Assembly (NCBI GenBank): GCA_951406725.2
Contig: OX597816.1
Span: forward strand, 88,660,001 to 88,724,000
DNA: 64,000 nucleotides
Origin: Octopus vulgaris
Lineage: Eukaryota
Reading direction: 5' to 3'
The position numbers and the translations under genes are program-made. Position 1 is the stretch's first letter; each line of letters begins with the position of its first letter. Under the pieces are notes generated by a model. That model was not told the DNA's origin. It saw nothing but the letters and a program-made list of their open reading frames with translations, and made no database searches. Positions 1 to 12,568 of this stretch are shown piece by piece.

Positions 1-158
1 ATAACAGAAATGGTAAAATTTTTCATTGAATTAAAGTGTTTGCTTATGCATTGACAACCACAAAGTAGTTGGGTTTCTATTCAAATGATGATTTACCAAC
101 CGCCATTTTGATGTATCTTCAATGGTCTGCTTTTGCTATGTTTATTCCTTTCACTTTC

Positions 159-231
159 TTGTGTGTGTGTGTGTGTGTGTGTGTGAGTGTGTGTGTCTGT
201 GTGTGTGTGTGTGTCTGTGTGTGTGTGTGTT
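159..231. repeat. (TG)n microsatellite
   Basis: Direct reading; explains the CVCV/THTH ORFs at 69-293. Confidence 0.95.
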
Positions 232-794
232 TGAAAATTTTTCCTTGTCGTTCTTTCTTTGTCCCATGCGTACATATACCGTTAGATGGTTGAAATAAAT
301 CTGGTGTGTTTTGTTTTATTCGTTTGACTTTACTTTTCTGTACTGATACATCGTAACTCAGTGAAAATGGCCACTAATAAATAGCTACGCTGTCATATTA
401 AATATAACTAACATCACCTTACCCAACCAAAATCAGCAAATAACACTCAGCACTTATGTATATGTGACTGTATGTGTGTAAGCGTATATACTTGTGTACA
501 TCTGGATGGGTGAAAAAAATAACCACTGATAAAACAAACATACTACACGAAACATTCAAGTGCCTCATGATTTTTTTTTATTTCCTTTTGATTTCTCTTA
601 AACAAAATATAACTTTATTAAAGTTTCAATACTTTTGTTAATTCTTTGTATCATTCTATTAATGCTTACAATACATTAATGCCATTTTAACGACTATTTT
701 ACACCATTGACACACGACATTGATTTTGTAAGAAAGAAATGATACACACACATACACACATACAAATAAACACACATACATACACACACATATA

Positions 795-829
<35 letters not shown>

Positions 830-1992
830 GCACACATGTATACATATATGTCTACACATGTATATGTTTACATATATGTATATGTATGTATATATATGTG
901 TCGACGCATATTGGTTGTTGTTATAGCCATTTGTCCTGTGTAGGCGTAATAGAAATAAATATTTTTTTTAAATGCAAAAAGATAGTACAAGATCATGTGA
1001 CAATGAGTAAACAAGCAAATACTACATGGGTTCAGACAAGCGAAAGCATGTGTGTTAAAAAAAGTGGGTAGTGATATAAAGCGAAAAGGAACAGTGAAAG
1101 AAGTGTACAATGAAAATTAATACGACAAAGAAACAGGGGAAAAATAACGTTTCGATTGATGTTGTTTATGAAAGAGAACAAGAGTCATTAAATGATGAAA
1201 AAGAAAGAGAATATACCAAATATATACCGTCTGTTTGCATGGCAGGTTTCACGTAAAACTGACAGCTGATTGGGAGAGTAGAAGAGCGACACTCGAGGCT
1301 CAATTTGGAACAGTGAGGGTCAGAGCAAAATGAAGGTTGGACGCAGAGAAAAAAGAAACAGAATAAGAAAATTAATTAGAGAAATAAATAAATTAAGAAA
1401 TGACGGGTTGGGAAGAATTTAAAAAAGAGAGAACAAGTAAAATAGTGAATTTACGATGTGTTCGTGAGTATGAATGTGAATATTTATGTGTAGTTAAAAG
1501 TGTAAGGTTTTATTTGTACAGAAAATACATACCTATTTTGTGACAAGGGATCTAAAATTCATGTGGTGAGGTATGTAACACACATGTATGCAACATTTAT
1601 TAAGCTTAGAATGTAACTAATGTACACACCTATTCTCCACCACACACATGCACATAGACACACGCGCACATAAAGTTACAGATAGCACGCATACATATAC
1701 ACACACAAACATATTCTCACTGAAGTGGATAAGTCCGTGTATGTGATATAATATGTTATGTGCATATTGATATGTCTAAGAGATGCGACGTGGTGAAAGA
1801 TAGCTTCCTCTGGTCAGTGAAAATGTGTGATATCTGGAGAAATCTGCGTTTGTATGGTACGTTGGAGGTGTTTGTAGACTAAGACGATATAACGTGTGTG
1901 AATAAATATGAATGTACGCATATATACACGTGAAATGTGTATTTATGACAATGTGTCATTGACTGTCAGGTATATGCAATCGAGAAGGATAG

Positions 1993-2009
1993 AGTAGCAG
2001 TAGTAGTAT

Positions 2010-2059
<50 letters not shown>

Positions 2060-2060
2060 T
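1993..2060. repeat. (AGT)n microsatellite
   Basis: About 22 AGT units, followed by short CAG/GTC runs. Confidence 0.95.
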
Positions 2061-2139
2061 CAGCAGCAGCAGCAGTAGTGGCCGTCGTTGTCGTTGTCGT
2101 CGTGATGGTGGTATTGATCATACACTGTAACAGCGCATC

Positions 2140-2485
2140 GCTGCACCCACCGTTTGTTCATAATTCCCTTATACTCTTGGCAGATGACACCTTTGTACCA
2201 AGGCGACAAGCTTGAAACCCATGGATATGTTTTAAGTGTTGTTGCTGGCGAGGGTTTTTTTACGATGTCGGAGTACAAATCCTACCTCAACCTCTTTTAA
2301 TTACCTTTTGCGACACGCAGAGGAAACGTTAGATCTAGTCTTTGACATGCCGATCCTCACGTAGCACCGAGCAACGTGAAATGACGTGTTTTGCTTAAGA
2401 ACACAGCATTCCGCCCGGTTTGTGATTCGAACCCATGATATGGTGATCATAAGGGAAACACCCTAACAAGTACTCACGTGCCTTC
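2140..2485 (-). mobile_element. Diverged tRNA-derived SINE (head B, unrelated tail)
   Basis: Minus strand reads gaaggcacgtg...gttagggtg...gggttcgaatc (A/B-box-like), then gtgttcttaagcaaaacacgtcatttcacgttgctc, matching the head of the SINE at 45111. The 3' boundary is approximate. Confidence 0.6.
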
Positions 2486-2785
2486 GTGATACAGACATAT
2501 AATTGAATAGGAAAGTATATGTATTCTGTCTAATGGGTACGTACAAGTATCGCGTACCATCGGGGGAGGGTCTATTGCGTTAAATAATCAGGGCAGACGC
2601 AAAGATGGGACAATTATGTGCATACAGATGAACTGAATTGCACCCAAATGTTGTATTATTTCGATGGATATCACGTAAGAAGGTAATACCAAAAAGTTCG
2701 TTCTTACGTTGGTAATTTATGTCTAAAGAAATGATTCATGGAACTTGCATTTCATATCATACGATTATATACAATGTATACTATG

Positions 2786-3108
2786 TACGAGCATATACTG
2801 AACAGTTTCTGAATAAAAAATATTTTTTGTTCGTTTGTTTTTTTAGCGCTATCGCATTGGCTATGGAAGCATGATGGACACTTTACTCGACTTGTTTATG
2901 CATAGCACTTACATGAGATTCGAAAGAAAATGCAGCAAGTGCAGTCAATTATGATTTTATTCAGCATATTTCCCCTTCCAGATTCACATACTTATTGCAG
3001 TGTTCCTTCAGATTTTCTAAACCCTGTAAAAGAACTCAGAATGTAGGGCATTGAACCATGCCTTTCGCAACACCCTTAAAGCCACGAATTTTACAGCACC
3101 CCTTCGTA
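2786..3108 (-). mobile_element. Non-autonomous mariner-derived element
   Basis: Degenerate TIRs tacgagcatatactgaacagtttctg and RC tacgaaggggtgctgtaaaattcgtgg. 2943-3108 is the reverse complement of the copy at 18913-19085. Confidence 0.7.
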
Positions 3109-3492
3109 TAACCCATCATGTTGATAGATGTAAAAATTATACTGATTATTGAAAAGATTTTCACAAATGGAAAATTGTAATATCATCATCATCAATCCGT
3201 CGATTGTTTACTTTTAATACTCTACGATGAATATACCAAATTCATAATCGATAATTTCCCTCCAGGATTTACAGTCTGTTACAAAGTTATCTCTATTAAT
3301 GGAATTTTTTTCTTCTGATTTTCTTAACTATACATTGTTAACCAGGATCTCCTGAGGGAACACTGACTTGATATTCACCTAGACTTTCTAAAAATCCCCT
3401 TTCCCTAAATTCGTGTGTGTGTGTTTGTGTGCAAGCAAGCGCGTACATATGTATATCAAAAGCAAGATGCGCTACAGCTGTAAACATTAACG

Positions 3493-3687
3493 ATCGCACA
3501 TACTCAATAATATATGTGTTTTATTTATTCGCCGGATTCGCTGCGGTGTCACGCTCGGGGAACAACTTTCTCATAATGCTGACTGTTAACACACAACGAC
3601 ATTCAGCGTTATGAGGCAGTCATCCTGCGAGCGTTATCCCGCAGCGAATCCGGCGAACAAGGAATGCACACATTGAGTATGTGCGAT
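3493..3687. mobile_element. About 195-bp foldback MITE-like palindrome
   Basis: Perfect 16-bp outer IR atcgcacatactcaat (3493-3508/3672-3687). Inner arms ttcgccggattcgctgcgg...ctcataatgctga pair with tcagcgttatgag...ccgcagcgaatccggcgaa. Confidence 0.8.
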
Positions 3688-3699
3688 ATATATATATAC

Positions 3700-3766
<67 letters not shown>

Positions 3767-4319
3767 GTATGTCTGTATGCATGTATGTGTGTATTATTTT
3801 GAGGTGAGGCCACAGGGATACGGTATAGATATTTAAATATGAGTGTTGAATACATGCATTTCGAATATAAAATTTTATTTCTCAGCATATTTATCATGAC
3901 ATATCTTTTACCATGACACAATCAAGAAAACGAAGACACAAAATAGGAAATATCAGTTTTATCGAAAATTACAGGCATTTTATACATACACCGATACGTG
4001 CAGACACACATACACACGTGTATGCATGTATGTATGTGTGTATCACTATATATGTATATATAATGATATAATGAGAAAGAAGGAACTGAAGGAGATCGTG
4101 GCTTTTGATCATTTCTCTCTTTGTCAAATCTTCTACACACATACACAAAAAAGACATCGTTCCTTCCATCACTTAACCAAGATTATATACTCAGATTGTG
4201 ATAACAGCTTTTCAGTTACTAGCTGGTTTTTTTTATATGATATAGGGAAACCTAAAGGGAACGAATCAATATGTGTGTAGAGAGAGAGAGATACAGCGCT
4301 AGATGGATAAATAGCTAGC

Positions 4320-4368
4320 TATCTAGATAGATAGATAGGTAGATAGATAGATAGATAGATAACTAGAG

Positions 4369-4454
<86 letters not shown>

Positions 4455-4558
4455 GTGAATACATATGATGTATATTTATATCTGTCTCTATCACGCACTC
4501 TGTCTCTCCCTCTCATTTTGTGCCTATTTATCAATGCATCTTTATGTATGTATGTATG

Positions 4559-4593
<35 letters not shown>

Positions 4594-4722
4594 ATAAATG
4601 TAAATATATATATAAATACAAATATAAATATAAATACATATATATATATTTATATTTATATATATATATATTTATATTTATATTTATACACACACGCATA
4701 CATATATATATATATTTATATT

Positions 4723-4774
<52 letters not shown>

Positions 4775-4865
4775 TATACTTATATACACACGTGCATACA
4801 TACACTCACGGACGCATACATACACACACGCATGTATATGCATATATTTTGTGTATACATATATG
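4320..4865. repeat. (GATA)n array followed by compound TA/CA microsatellite
   Basis: Direct reading. Confidence 0.95.
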
Positions 4866-7800
4866 TAAGAATAAATATGTATTGAATATAAAGCTGTAAT
4901 AAAATTGGTTGTCAAATCATTGTTTATATTTTTTCAAACTAAGGTAAATTTAAAGGAAAACGGAAAACATATTTTGGGTTTTAAATCCTTATAGATCAGT
5001 ATATAGGTTGCAGGTTTTAATGCATACATAGCCAAAAACACGTACGCTGTCACATTTAGACACCCACACGCAACCAATACACAGTTGTGACTGCACGTCT
5101 CTGTGCATTTGTAAATATGCTTTGTGTGAATTCATGTTCTTTCCTGAAACGCACTTGTTCCATTATTGTTCTGGCTTTCCCTTTCCAATACTTGCGTGTA
5201 TATATATACGCGCGCACTCCAACTGCTATCGCTAGTGTCACTTTCATTTACACCTTGTGAAACCCTTTACAAAAACTACCTCCATTTGGGAGAAAAACTA
5301 TAACTTACGTTTCGCTTTATTTTTTTTATGTAAATTTTAAAAACTTAAAAATCATATGTGAGCATTATTTATGTAACCAGTTCTTATATAATGTATTTTA
5401 TACATTCGTTTACTGCAAAATTTATTGTCATATATGAAGTAAGAATTTTAAAATACATTATGGGAAACTATCTAACCTTTAACGCTTTATGCAGCTATGA
5501 TACGTTTCATACATGGTTTGAATATTACTTATGCTGTAGTAGATAAAAATATGCTGTATACCTCCATTTTTATCGAAATAAAATATTTTTTTTACAATAA
5601 TATGTATTTATTGAAGTTGCTTTAATAGACTTCATATTTCCGCACCACCAGGTCGTTGAGACATCTCTCAAGACTTTACTCACATTTTCTACACGATTAT
5701 CGTGGAATAAATATGAGCTAAATCAAAGGTGATTTCATGTTACCTACCATGGAGTTTTCCTTTCTTCAACAAAGTACACAAAGTCATGAGTACACAAAGG
5801 AAAATGAGCCCGAACAAATATAGTAAATATTCAATGATCTAAAATTTCTACAGTTAATTTCTCTGATGGGATGCTAAACCGAAACTTGAACTTATAATGC
5901 AAATATCCTGAATAAATTCTGCAAGGTATCTTTCTTGTTGGTTGTACTTTTCTGTCATGTACCTTCTGGTTTTAGGGAAACTAAATTCTTAGAAGAAATC
6001 AGGAAATCGTTGGGGAGCGTGAAAGGTAAATTCAGCTCTTGAGATCTAACACTATTACCAGCACTTAAGATACCAGTTGGCACTTTTAAGCACAGCAATG
6101 AACAGGCACTCGCTTAGGTAGGCCATGTTAGTATTTAAAATCAGAAGGCAAATATGCCGAATAAATGCCGCATGACATCGAGTCCAATCCATTTTTAACC
6201 ATTAATATTCTATTGGTGTCTCGTGTATAGGATACCAGTTTTATTACTACTTCCTCATCACATTATGATCTAAAATAATGTATAATCCCTAATAACCTTA
6301 TTTCCTTTCATTTGATGGATTTGTCTCTTTCTAACACAAATCGGACTGCCAACTTTCTGCTATAATGACATTTCAACCAATTGAACTATCATACGTATAT
6401 ATATCATTGATCATAAGCGTGATCAGTGATATGTACGTATTAAAATCAACGCTCCCAAAACTTCTAAGTAAATTACTCGTACAGAAAAGATTGTGTAAGA
6501 TTAATTTCAGGTAATAATTGCTTAATTTCCACTGAGACACGTGTAAATATGTCATAAATACATAATTAACCACTATGATCCCCTTTTTATAATTCTAGTA
6601 TGTAATAACGCTAATTTTCGCCCCAGGTACCAATTTCAAAATCTAGCGGGTGATCGAAGCCAACGGTGATATGATAGGTAAATGTATGTATCGTGAGCAA
6701 ATATCGTGAGGTATTTTAGTTCTCTAATTTTCGAAATGTTAAATAAGGTACAGAAACAACAACGCAAAAATATATAAACACACAAACAAGCAAACACACG
6801 CATACATACATATAACACATACACATACACACACAAAAACACACGCGCACCCACATATATAACGCTGGTATAATTGTAAATAAGCATTAATTCATACTCG
6901 CACACATAAAATCGCATATAAACTCGCAAACGCAAAAACGCATGCACATACGCACAAACACACAAAAACCCAAACATATACGCGCGCATCTATATGTGTC
7001 TGTGTGTTTATATACATATATATGTAGTGGAATGACAAGAGAATATGAATTACATAATCAACTTCATTATCCTCCAGCTGTTTCTAGGATAAGCAGTGCA
7101 GTCTCTCCCAAATAAAGATGCACTTCATTTTAAAGGCACTGAGGAAGCTATAATGTCGTGTATATGTTTCTTGTGTGCAATGTCGATGACAACTGGTAGC
7201 AAGTGTAGCACATATCACGGCTTACGTTTTCGAAAGCCACAGATTTAACGTTGTGTTGGTATAGTATTATATTGCTTTCAATTTAGTATGAATATGTCTG
7301 AAATAAAATGAACTTTACAATTGTATACTTTCAACCCACCAATTTCGATTCAGTAATTCTTCACTTGCACTGTTACAGTATCTTTTTGTAATGTGGCCCT
7401 TAAAGTTGATTGATCCAATACTTGAAATAATTCCAAGACTTACTCAACCTAGAATGAAACAAATTACATCAAACAATTTTTTTTTCTTCGAATGACTATT
7501 AACAAATATGTCATTTTCTTCTCATTTGCGATATTCTAAAATAGTTGTATACAAGTGAGCATAATTAATATTTTTCTCAAGAATGAGATCGGCTGAAGTA
7601 ATCATATTTTTGCTAATGTATCATAAATACCCTATTACTAACCATCTACACTATATTATATTGGAATTTTTAATGAAGTTAGAAACATTTTATTTTGTTC
7701 TGTATCTTTAAGCACATGTATAGCAGAAATAAGTTTGAATTAATATACTCACATTCTCTACGTCAGACCACAAAAAGAAATATACATTTTATAAGAGCTG

Positions 7801-8452
7801 CATATCAAAAGAGAATATTCAATTTGTGCATATTAGATTCCTAAGGAACAATGCAATATATGTGCGAATTCACAGCTTTTAAGTTTTGCGTTTCAGATTT
7901 CATTTAAAATAAGGATACTCGCATTCAAATTTAACCCATAATTTATTGCGTTTAAGCCGTCATCTTCAAGGGTTAACTTTCTAAATGCCTGAAGCACGTT
8001 TACTAGTAAATAAATAATAGGCATTAGGAAACATTATTACATAGTGGAAATCTGGTATTCTTTTCGATCTTCACTTCTTTCTGGCCTAGCAGATTTATAT
8101 ACATTGCTTACTCAAATATTCAGTTTGAACCATTAGAATTATTTGATTTATTTTTCTATGGAATACACATCCAGTAAACTAATGGGAACAGTTGTCATTC
8201 TTCTATGGCTGACAGCTCTTCTATATATACTGGTCATTCAAATATTCTGTTGGATCAGTATACTGATAACAATTCGATGAAATATTTAGTTCTTTTCTTT
8301 TTAAAATTTAGGCTTCCGTTTAACATATGTGCGTATGCTACAAGCACGGCACCAGTTTTATCTGCTTTGTGTATGTGTAAAGGACATTAAGTTCCTACAG
8401 CGATTTTATTGAATGTAAGGAATCGAAGTTGCAACGTGCATCACTAACAAAT

Positions 8453-8568
8453 TGTCACACCTATACGTCACGAGATTGGAAGGCAATGCGTTGCTTTTTG
8501 TAACTAATAACAGAAACTACGAAATACTGGTAAATGCCGCTTTTATGGGGTTATTCATTAGTGTGACA
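8453..8568. mobile_element. Small TGTCACAC...GTGTGACA element, copy 1
   Basis: 8-bp terminal inverted repeats; interior aligns with 10137-10261. Confidence 0.65.
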
Positions 8569-8639
8569 GAAATTATCTTTCAATGACTGCAAGTTAAATA
8601 TACGTGCGTGTGCGCATGTATTTATATTTATGTATTTAT

Positions 8640-8652
8640 ATTTATGTATGTG

Positions 8653-8743
<91 letters not shown>

Positions 8744-8780
8744 ATGTATTAACAAACACACACACACACACACGCACAAA
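8640..8780. repeat. Compound (TA)/(TG)/(TATG)/(CA) microsatellite
   Basis: Direct reading. Confidence 0.95.
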
Positions 8781-9149
8781 CACGTTGATGTCATAGGAAT
8801 TCAGAAACTGAGAGATTAATGTGAAAAACTTCTTTTTTGAAACATTGAAGCTCAAAATACATGAAACGCTATAAATAGTTGAGCTTAGATATTGAGTTAA
8901 ATACCTGCATGAATAGAAAATGTCAAAGGCTGCCGTGGGACAAGAACCTATATCTCCTGTAAAAATGACAGGCGTTCTATCATAGGACTAAAGCTATACT
9001 TCTAGATTCTCTCATCGTTTTAAAAACGTTGTTCTTACAAGCAAGAATTGTTTGTTACTGTCAATAGAAGAAATTCTAATCTTTGAGATAAAAACATGAA
9101 AATAATTTGTTCTTGGAACGTTGATTCTTGAAGCAGATAAGCTATAAAT

Positions 9150-9366
9150 AATCCTTTTCTACTAAAAGCACAAGGCCTGAATTTTGGTGGGAAGGGACTA
9201 GTCAATTACATCGATGCCAGTGTTTCACTGGTACTTAATTTGTGGACCCCGAAAGGATGAAAGACAAAGTCAACCTCGGCGGGATTTGAACTCAAAATGT
9301 AAAGCCGGACGAAATGCTGCGAAGTATTTTACCTGACGTACTAACGATTCTGCCAGCTCGCGCCTT
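9150..9366 (-). mobile_element. Full-length SINE family A (about 215 bp, tRNA-like head)
   Basis: RC aaggcgcgagctggcagaatcgttagt...gagttcaaatcccgccgaggttgactttgtctttcatcctttcggggtc...caggccttgtgc. More than ten related copies in this window. Confidence 0.85.
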
Positions 9367-9578
9367 TCGATAAGATATAATAATAGCGTGTAAATATTAG
9401 GTTACAAAACTTTGGATAAGTAAAATCGAACGCTGCTTGTAGGACTCCGACCCACTTCTATAAACATGACAGGCATTTTACCATTCCATCAGAGTATGTC
9501 TGTATATGAGCGGGCATGTAAACGTTCATTAAGGAAGAATAAATCAAAGGGACAGAGTGTGAGAAAGGAAGAGAGAGC

Positions 9579-9712
9579 TTAAGGTTACGTCAACAGATTT
9601 CCTATAGAAATTATAGCCAGCACTGATTTTGATACGCGGTTTCGTATCAGACATCGTAACAAAATTGGTGGTGGCTATAATTTCTATAGAAAATCTGTAG
9701 ACATAACCGTAA
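9579..9712. mobile_element. About 130-bp MITE with about 49-bp TIRs (PIF/Harbinger-like)
   Basis: Left arm ggttacgtcaacagatttcctatagaaattatagcc vs RC of right arm ggttatgtctacagattttctatagaaattatagcc; flanked by TTA/TAA. The superfamily assignment is an inference. Confidence 0.75.
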
Positions 9713-9788
9713 CAAGTGATGTAATAGCACTGCTAACAGAGTAGAACATAGTTGTGAGTTATAAAAAACGTTTATTATATTTTGTAGT

Positions 9789-10088
9789 GTGGAGGTGCAA
9801 TGGCCCAGTGGTTAGGGCAGCGGACTCGAGGTCGGAGGGTCGCGGTTTCGATTCCCAGATCGGGAATTGTGTGTGTTTATTGAGCGAAATACCTAAAAAA
9901 AGCTCCACGAGGCTCCAGCAGGGGGTGCTGGCGACCCCTGTTGTACTCTTTCGCCATAACTTTCTCTCCCTTTCTTTTCCTGCTTCTTGAGTAACGCTGC
10001 AATAGATTAGCGTCCCATCCAGGTGGGGGGGAACACATACGCCACAGAAACCGGTAAACCGGCCCCATAAGCATGGCTAGGCTTGAAA
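9789..10088 (+). mobile_element. Full-length tRNA-derived SINE (head A + tail X; octopus OR-type)
   Basis: A box tggcccagtgg, B box gtttcgattccc, 10-bp TSD attttgtagt (9779-9788/10089-10098). The 5' ~200 bp is shared with 41910-42296. Confidence 0.9.
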
Positions 10089-10136
10089 ATTTTGTAGTAT
10101 ATCGTGGTAACATAACGAACTACGGTATCCATAAAT

Positions 10137-10261
10137 TGTCACACCTACACGTCACGAGGTTGGAATGCAGTGCGTTGTATTTTTTTTTTTTTGTAGCTAT
10201 TAACAGAAACTACGAAGTACTTGTAAATGCCGCTTTTATAGGGCTATTCATTAGTGTGACA
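10137..10261. mobile_element. Small TGTCACAC...GTGTGACA element, copy 2
   Basis: Same TIR and interior as 8453-8568, with an expanded T-run. Confidence 0.65.
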
Positions 10262-11133
10262 TGAAGAGAGAGCATACAAAATTATTACCCAATGAAGAAG
10301 TACATTTTTAGAAATGCAAAAGATTTAATCATTTTAATTCGAATTCTTACTTACTGAGAGCCCTAGCACTTCTTCAGCCGGTTTTAAATTGGTACAGAAT
10401 AATACATCTATAAACTCTAGCATATTTAGGCTGAAATAGAGAGGATTTTCATTCAGACTGAGACTATATTCCTGAAAAATTTCCCCGATGCAAACAGAAA
10501 GAAAATTGTAGATATGAAAGAAAGTCCATAGAAAAGCAATGATAATGATAAACCGCAAAACAATTAAATTAGATATTTCTCAATCGTCTTCAGTTAACCC
10601 CGGAGTGGAATGTAATGTGTTGTCTGAGGGAGACTAATTTACTTCTGATCTGTGCTATATTATTACTTTCGTCCTTTCATCTGTTGATTTGATGTGCACG
10701 TGTGTACATAAATATACACACACGAGTATGTGTGTGTGTGTGTACATATATATTTATATATAGATATGAATATACATACTTATGTTTGTGCGTGCGTACA
10801 TGCGTGAGTGTGTATGTGTGTATGTGCGGTAATGTGTGTGACTGATTTGTTTATGTTATTTGATTAGACTGTTTTTTTTTAGTGTATGTACCAATATATT
10901 TGTATTTATCTACTATACACCGTCATATAATTATGCACACATAAACACAATATATATGTATACACACTTTCTCACACACACATATATATATATGCGTATA
11001 TATATATATTATGTTCATTTATAAATAATTTATTTATGTATGTATACATATGTGTGTATCTGTGTGTATGCATTCACATATACATCAGGTGTGAGCGTGT
11101 GGTGCGCGCGTGTATACGTGTGTGTGTGCGTGC

Positions 11134-11164
<31 letters not shown>

Positions 11165-11479
11165 TGTGGTCACGCATGCATCTGCATTTATTTCCTTCTA
11201 TATACTCTATATTGTAGAAAGCTACTTTGTGACGATGGTGAGTAGGCAGTATCATTAGAACGTCGGAGAGAATATCTTGTATTTCTTCCGATTCTTTGCC
11301 TTCGGATTTCAAATTATAATGTTGCTTTAATTCCTTGAAGACCGATAAAAAAAAACTCATTCCGAGAATGAAGTTTTTTTCTCTTTTTCTATTCCAAGAA
11401 CTCAGCTACGACTTCACAGTTCTGAAATACTAAACATACACGTATGACACATTAGAAAATTACTGCCTAATTGCCTGTG

Positions 11480-12035
11480 GAATTTTCGGACACGTTGGCA
11501 TCTGAGTTCCTGACACATGGTTTTTAACGGAAAACTGATGAAGTATTTGGAACTGCAATGCTTCTGTCACATAATTAGGGAGAAAAATAAAAAGAAAAGA
11601 TAGAATAGTGTCAGTCAGTCAGGAGAATGATCCTTGAAACACGGCCGATAACGTCGATATAGTGTCATAAGAAGTGACAAAATGAGGACGTAGGTGTAAG
11701 GTGTCCAAAGACAGGTGCAGTCATTGCTATGAACGTGAGTATCGCCACCTCGATTAAAACCTAACGTATCAGAGTGGTATTGATAATTCTTTTTGATTGA
11801 AAAGGGTGTTGTCCATCATGTGTACTTTCCATGTGATAAAATTCCAGTTCCGCGAAGATGTCTTGCGGCCTTTAAAAAGTGAAAGACAGATATAGTTAGC
11901 TATGGATAAGCAACAACTGGATGCCCCACCAAGACAAGGCAACTTACTCAAGCGCCAATGCTTCAGTATGTCTCTTGGCACTCGTTATCAAACGGATCTT
12001 TTCTCCGGATTTGGCCACATTTGATATTACCAAAA
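11480..12035 (+). pseudogene. Degraded mariner transposase (catalytic domain remnant)
   Basis: Manual translation gives KGVVHHVYFP (~11800) and in-frame WMPHQDKATYSS...FSPDLATFD (~11919-12025). These match mariner HHEFVP, HDNAPAH and YSPDLAPxD motifs; stops and frameshifts elsewhere. Confidence 0.7.
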
Positions 12036-12099
12036 TGGCGGACTTCTTTCCTCGAATATAGATATCGATCATCAAAGGAAGCTGATCTCAGATTATGCA

Positions 12100-12168
12100 A
12101 CTAATCATGCAGAATTTATAATAGCAGCTCTACCCTAAGCGAGGAAATACATTCCAGTATATATTATT

Positions 12169-12253
<85 letters not shown>

Positions 12254-12510
12254 AACGGTGTAAGCAAGAAGATCTCGAATCTATCTTCTAGCCAAGATAT
12301 CTTTAACGCCGCTGCCCCCTACTACAATGAGGCACTGACATCGTGTGGGTTTAAGGATCGCATCTCTTACATGCCAGACCCTAGCAGGAAAAGAAAGCAT
12401 CGCAGAAACGTCATTAGTTTGGTTCCACCCTTCTCGCTCAACGTCAAGACTTGTGTTGGAAGAATTTTCTTTATATTAATACACAAACATTTCTCGCACG
12501 CACGCACACA

Positions 12511-12568
<58 letters not shown>

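Noticed and set aside
9789-9860. tRNA gene-like sequence (also 42225-42296)
   Set aside because: It continues into a SINE body bounded by TSDs and has no complete acceptor stem or terminator
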